From the NCBI GenBank assembly GCA_001799615.1, contig MGTU01000011.1, positions 23,480 to 87,479 of the forward strand: a DNA stretch of 64,000 nt. The letters run 5' to 3'. How positions within the stretch are numbered: the first letter of the stretch is position 1; each line of letters opens with the position of its first letter. This document shows positions 62,790 through 64,000 of the stretch, in pieces. Made by a program: the position numbers and the translations under genes. This DNA is from Elusimicrobia bacterium GWA2_61_42 (lineage in GTDB: Bacteria > Elusimicrobiota > Elusimicrobia > Elusimicrobiales > UBA9959). Under the pieces are notes generated by a model. It was not told the origin of the DNA, did not search any database, and saw only the letters and a list, made by a program, of their open reading frames with translations.

Positions 62790-64000
62790 TTATTCTTTCA
62801 GCAGGCGCGCCAGGGTCTCCGCCAGGTCCTCGTATTTGTAAGGTTTGGGCAGTACGGCGTCGAAACCGTTAGCTTTGTAGTCGGCCATCACCGCCTCGTC
62901 CGAGTACCCGCTGGAAACTATCACCCGGGCGCGCGGGGCCGTCTTGCGCAGTTCCGCCACCGCCTGCTTTCCGCCCATGCCGCCGGGGATGGTCAGGTCC
63001 ATTATTACCGCGGCGAACGGTTTATTATTTTTCGCTTCCTCGTCGTAGCGCCGCACGGCGTCCCTGCCGTCGGTCACTACCTCGCATTCATAGCCCAGCG
63101 CGCCGAGCATGCGGCGCACCGCGTTCGCTACGACTTCTTCGTCCTCGAGGACCAGGATGCGCCCGGTGCCTTTGACGATATCTTTCTTGACCGCGACCTC
63201 TTCGCTCATGCTGCGCCCGGTAGCGGGCAGGTAAATGTCGAAGCTGGAGCCCTTGCCTGGCGTGGAGGAGGCCGTGATGTCGCCGCCGTGGTTCTTAACC
63301 ACGGACCAGGCCATCGAGAGGCCGAGGCCGTGGCCGCGTTTTTTCGTGGTAAAGTACGGGTCGAAGATCTTTGTCAGGAGTTCCGCGGGAATTCCCATCC
63401 CTGTGTCGGAGACGGTTATCTTTACGTACTCGCCGGGTTCCAGCGGGGCCGGCGGCCGGACTTCTTTGCCTATATTGCACGCCTCCAGCTTCAGCACACC
63501 TCCGCCGGGCATGGCCTGCAGCCCGTTCATAAGCAGGTTGTTTATGGCTTGTTTCAGCTGGTTTTCGTCGCCGTTCACGCTCCACAGCTGCTCCGGGACC
63601 GCTATCCGGCACGCTGCGGTAGTGCCCGAAGTGGCGAGGCTGAAGATATCCTGCAGAGCGCGCCGCAGGCAGAATTCCTGCTTGACCGGTTTGCCTCCCT
63701 TTGAGAAAGCCAGCAGGCTGGCGGTGAGGCTTTGCGCGTTATGCGCGGCCTCGATCGTTTCGCGCAGGATCTCGGCGTTCTCCTTGTCGCCGCCGCAGCG
63801 GGCTTCCAACAGTGAGATGTTGGCCATGATCCCCGTCAGCATATTGTTGAAGTCGTGCGCTATGCCGCCGGCCAATTGCCCCAGCGATTCTACGCGCTGC
63901 ATGGTGACCATTTCCATCATTATCTTATCGCTCTTTTTTCTTTCGGTGATATCGTTTATAACCGCCAGGAAAACCCGCTTTCTGCCGGTTTCCACCAGCT
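62790..64000 (-). CDS. Hybrid PAS histidine kinase, 5' end beyond the window
   Basis: DITERK, AHDFNN, DPYFTTK..G.GLGL and REC (MDLTIP); frame open to the window edge. Confidence 0.92.
   Translation of the reverse strand, partial: LVETGRKRVFLAVINDITERKKSDKIMMEMVTMQRVESLGQLAGGIAHDFNNMLTGIMANISLLEARCGGDKENAEILRETIEAAHNAQSLTASLLAFSKGGKPVKQEFCLRRALQDIFSLATSGTTAACRIAVPEQLWSVNGDENQLKQAINNLLMNGLQAMPGGGVLKLEACNIGKEVRPPAPLEPGEYVKITVSDTGMGIPAELLTKIFDPYFTTKKRGHGLGLSMAWSVVKNHGGDITASSTPGKGSSFDIYLPATGRSMSEEVAVKKDIVKGTGRILVLEDEEVVANAVRRMLGALGYECEVVTDGRDAVRRYDEEAKNNKPFAAVIMDLTIPGGMGGKQAVAELRKTAPRARVIVSSGYSDEAVMADYKANGFDAVLPKPYKYEDLAETLARLLKE

Overview
High-GC bacterial chromosomal window, densely coding, with no CRISPR array, transposase, integrase or rRNA visible. 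The gene repertoire and the many orphan secreted proteins resemble Elusimicrobiota, but that is an impression and not a measured result. Housekeeping content includes nucleoside salvage (yraN-punA-pdp-upp), pcm, surE, folP, a folK-folC fusion, rlmN, trxB, queD, maf, cutA, mgtE and sua5, plus tRNA-His(GTG) and tRNA-Arg(TCT). There is also a Wsp-like chemosensory operon whose output is a hybrid histidine kinase. The best candidate for an undescribed system is a translationally coupled operon at 14422-18951 on the minus strand. It encodes a TPR/outer-membrane barrel, a PilZ-less cellulose-synthase-like GT2, a GH26 hydrolase and two tiny half-ferritin proteins, suggesting a minimal c-di-GMP-independent synthase-dependent exopolysaccharide machine. 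Other notable signals: a palindromic box exactly 23 bp upstream of the -10 element in three unlinked secreted-protein genes; an unannotated 49-aa ORF plus ribbon-helix-helix gene under a pentamer-repeat promoter; a tRNA-Arg 3'-end duplication enclosing REP-like hairpins; a CExxHGH-type QueD that may bypass FolB; and several apparently leaderless genes. All product calls come from recognising motifs by eye; no database search was run.
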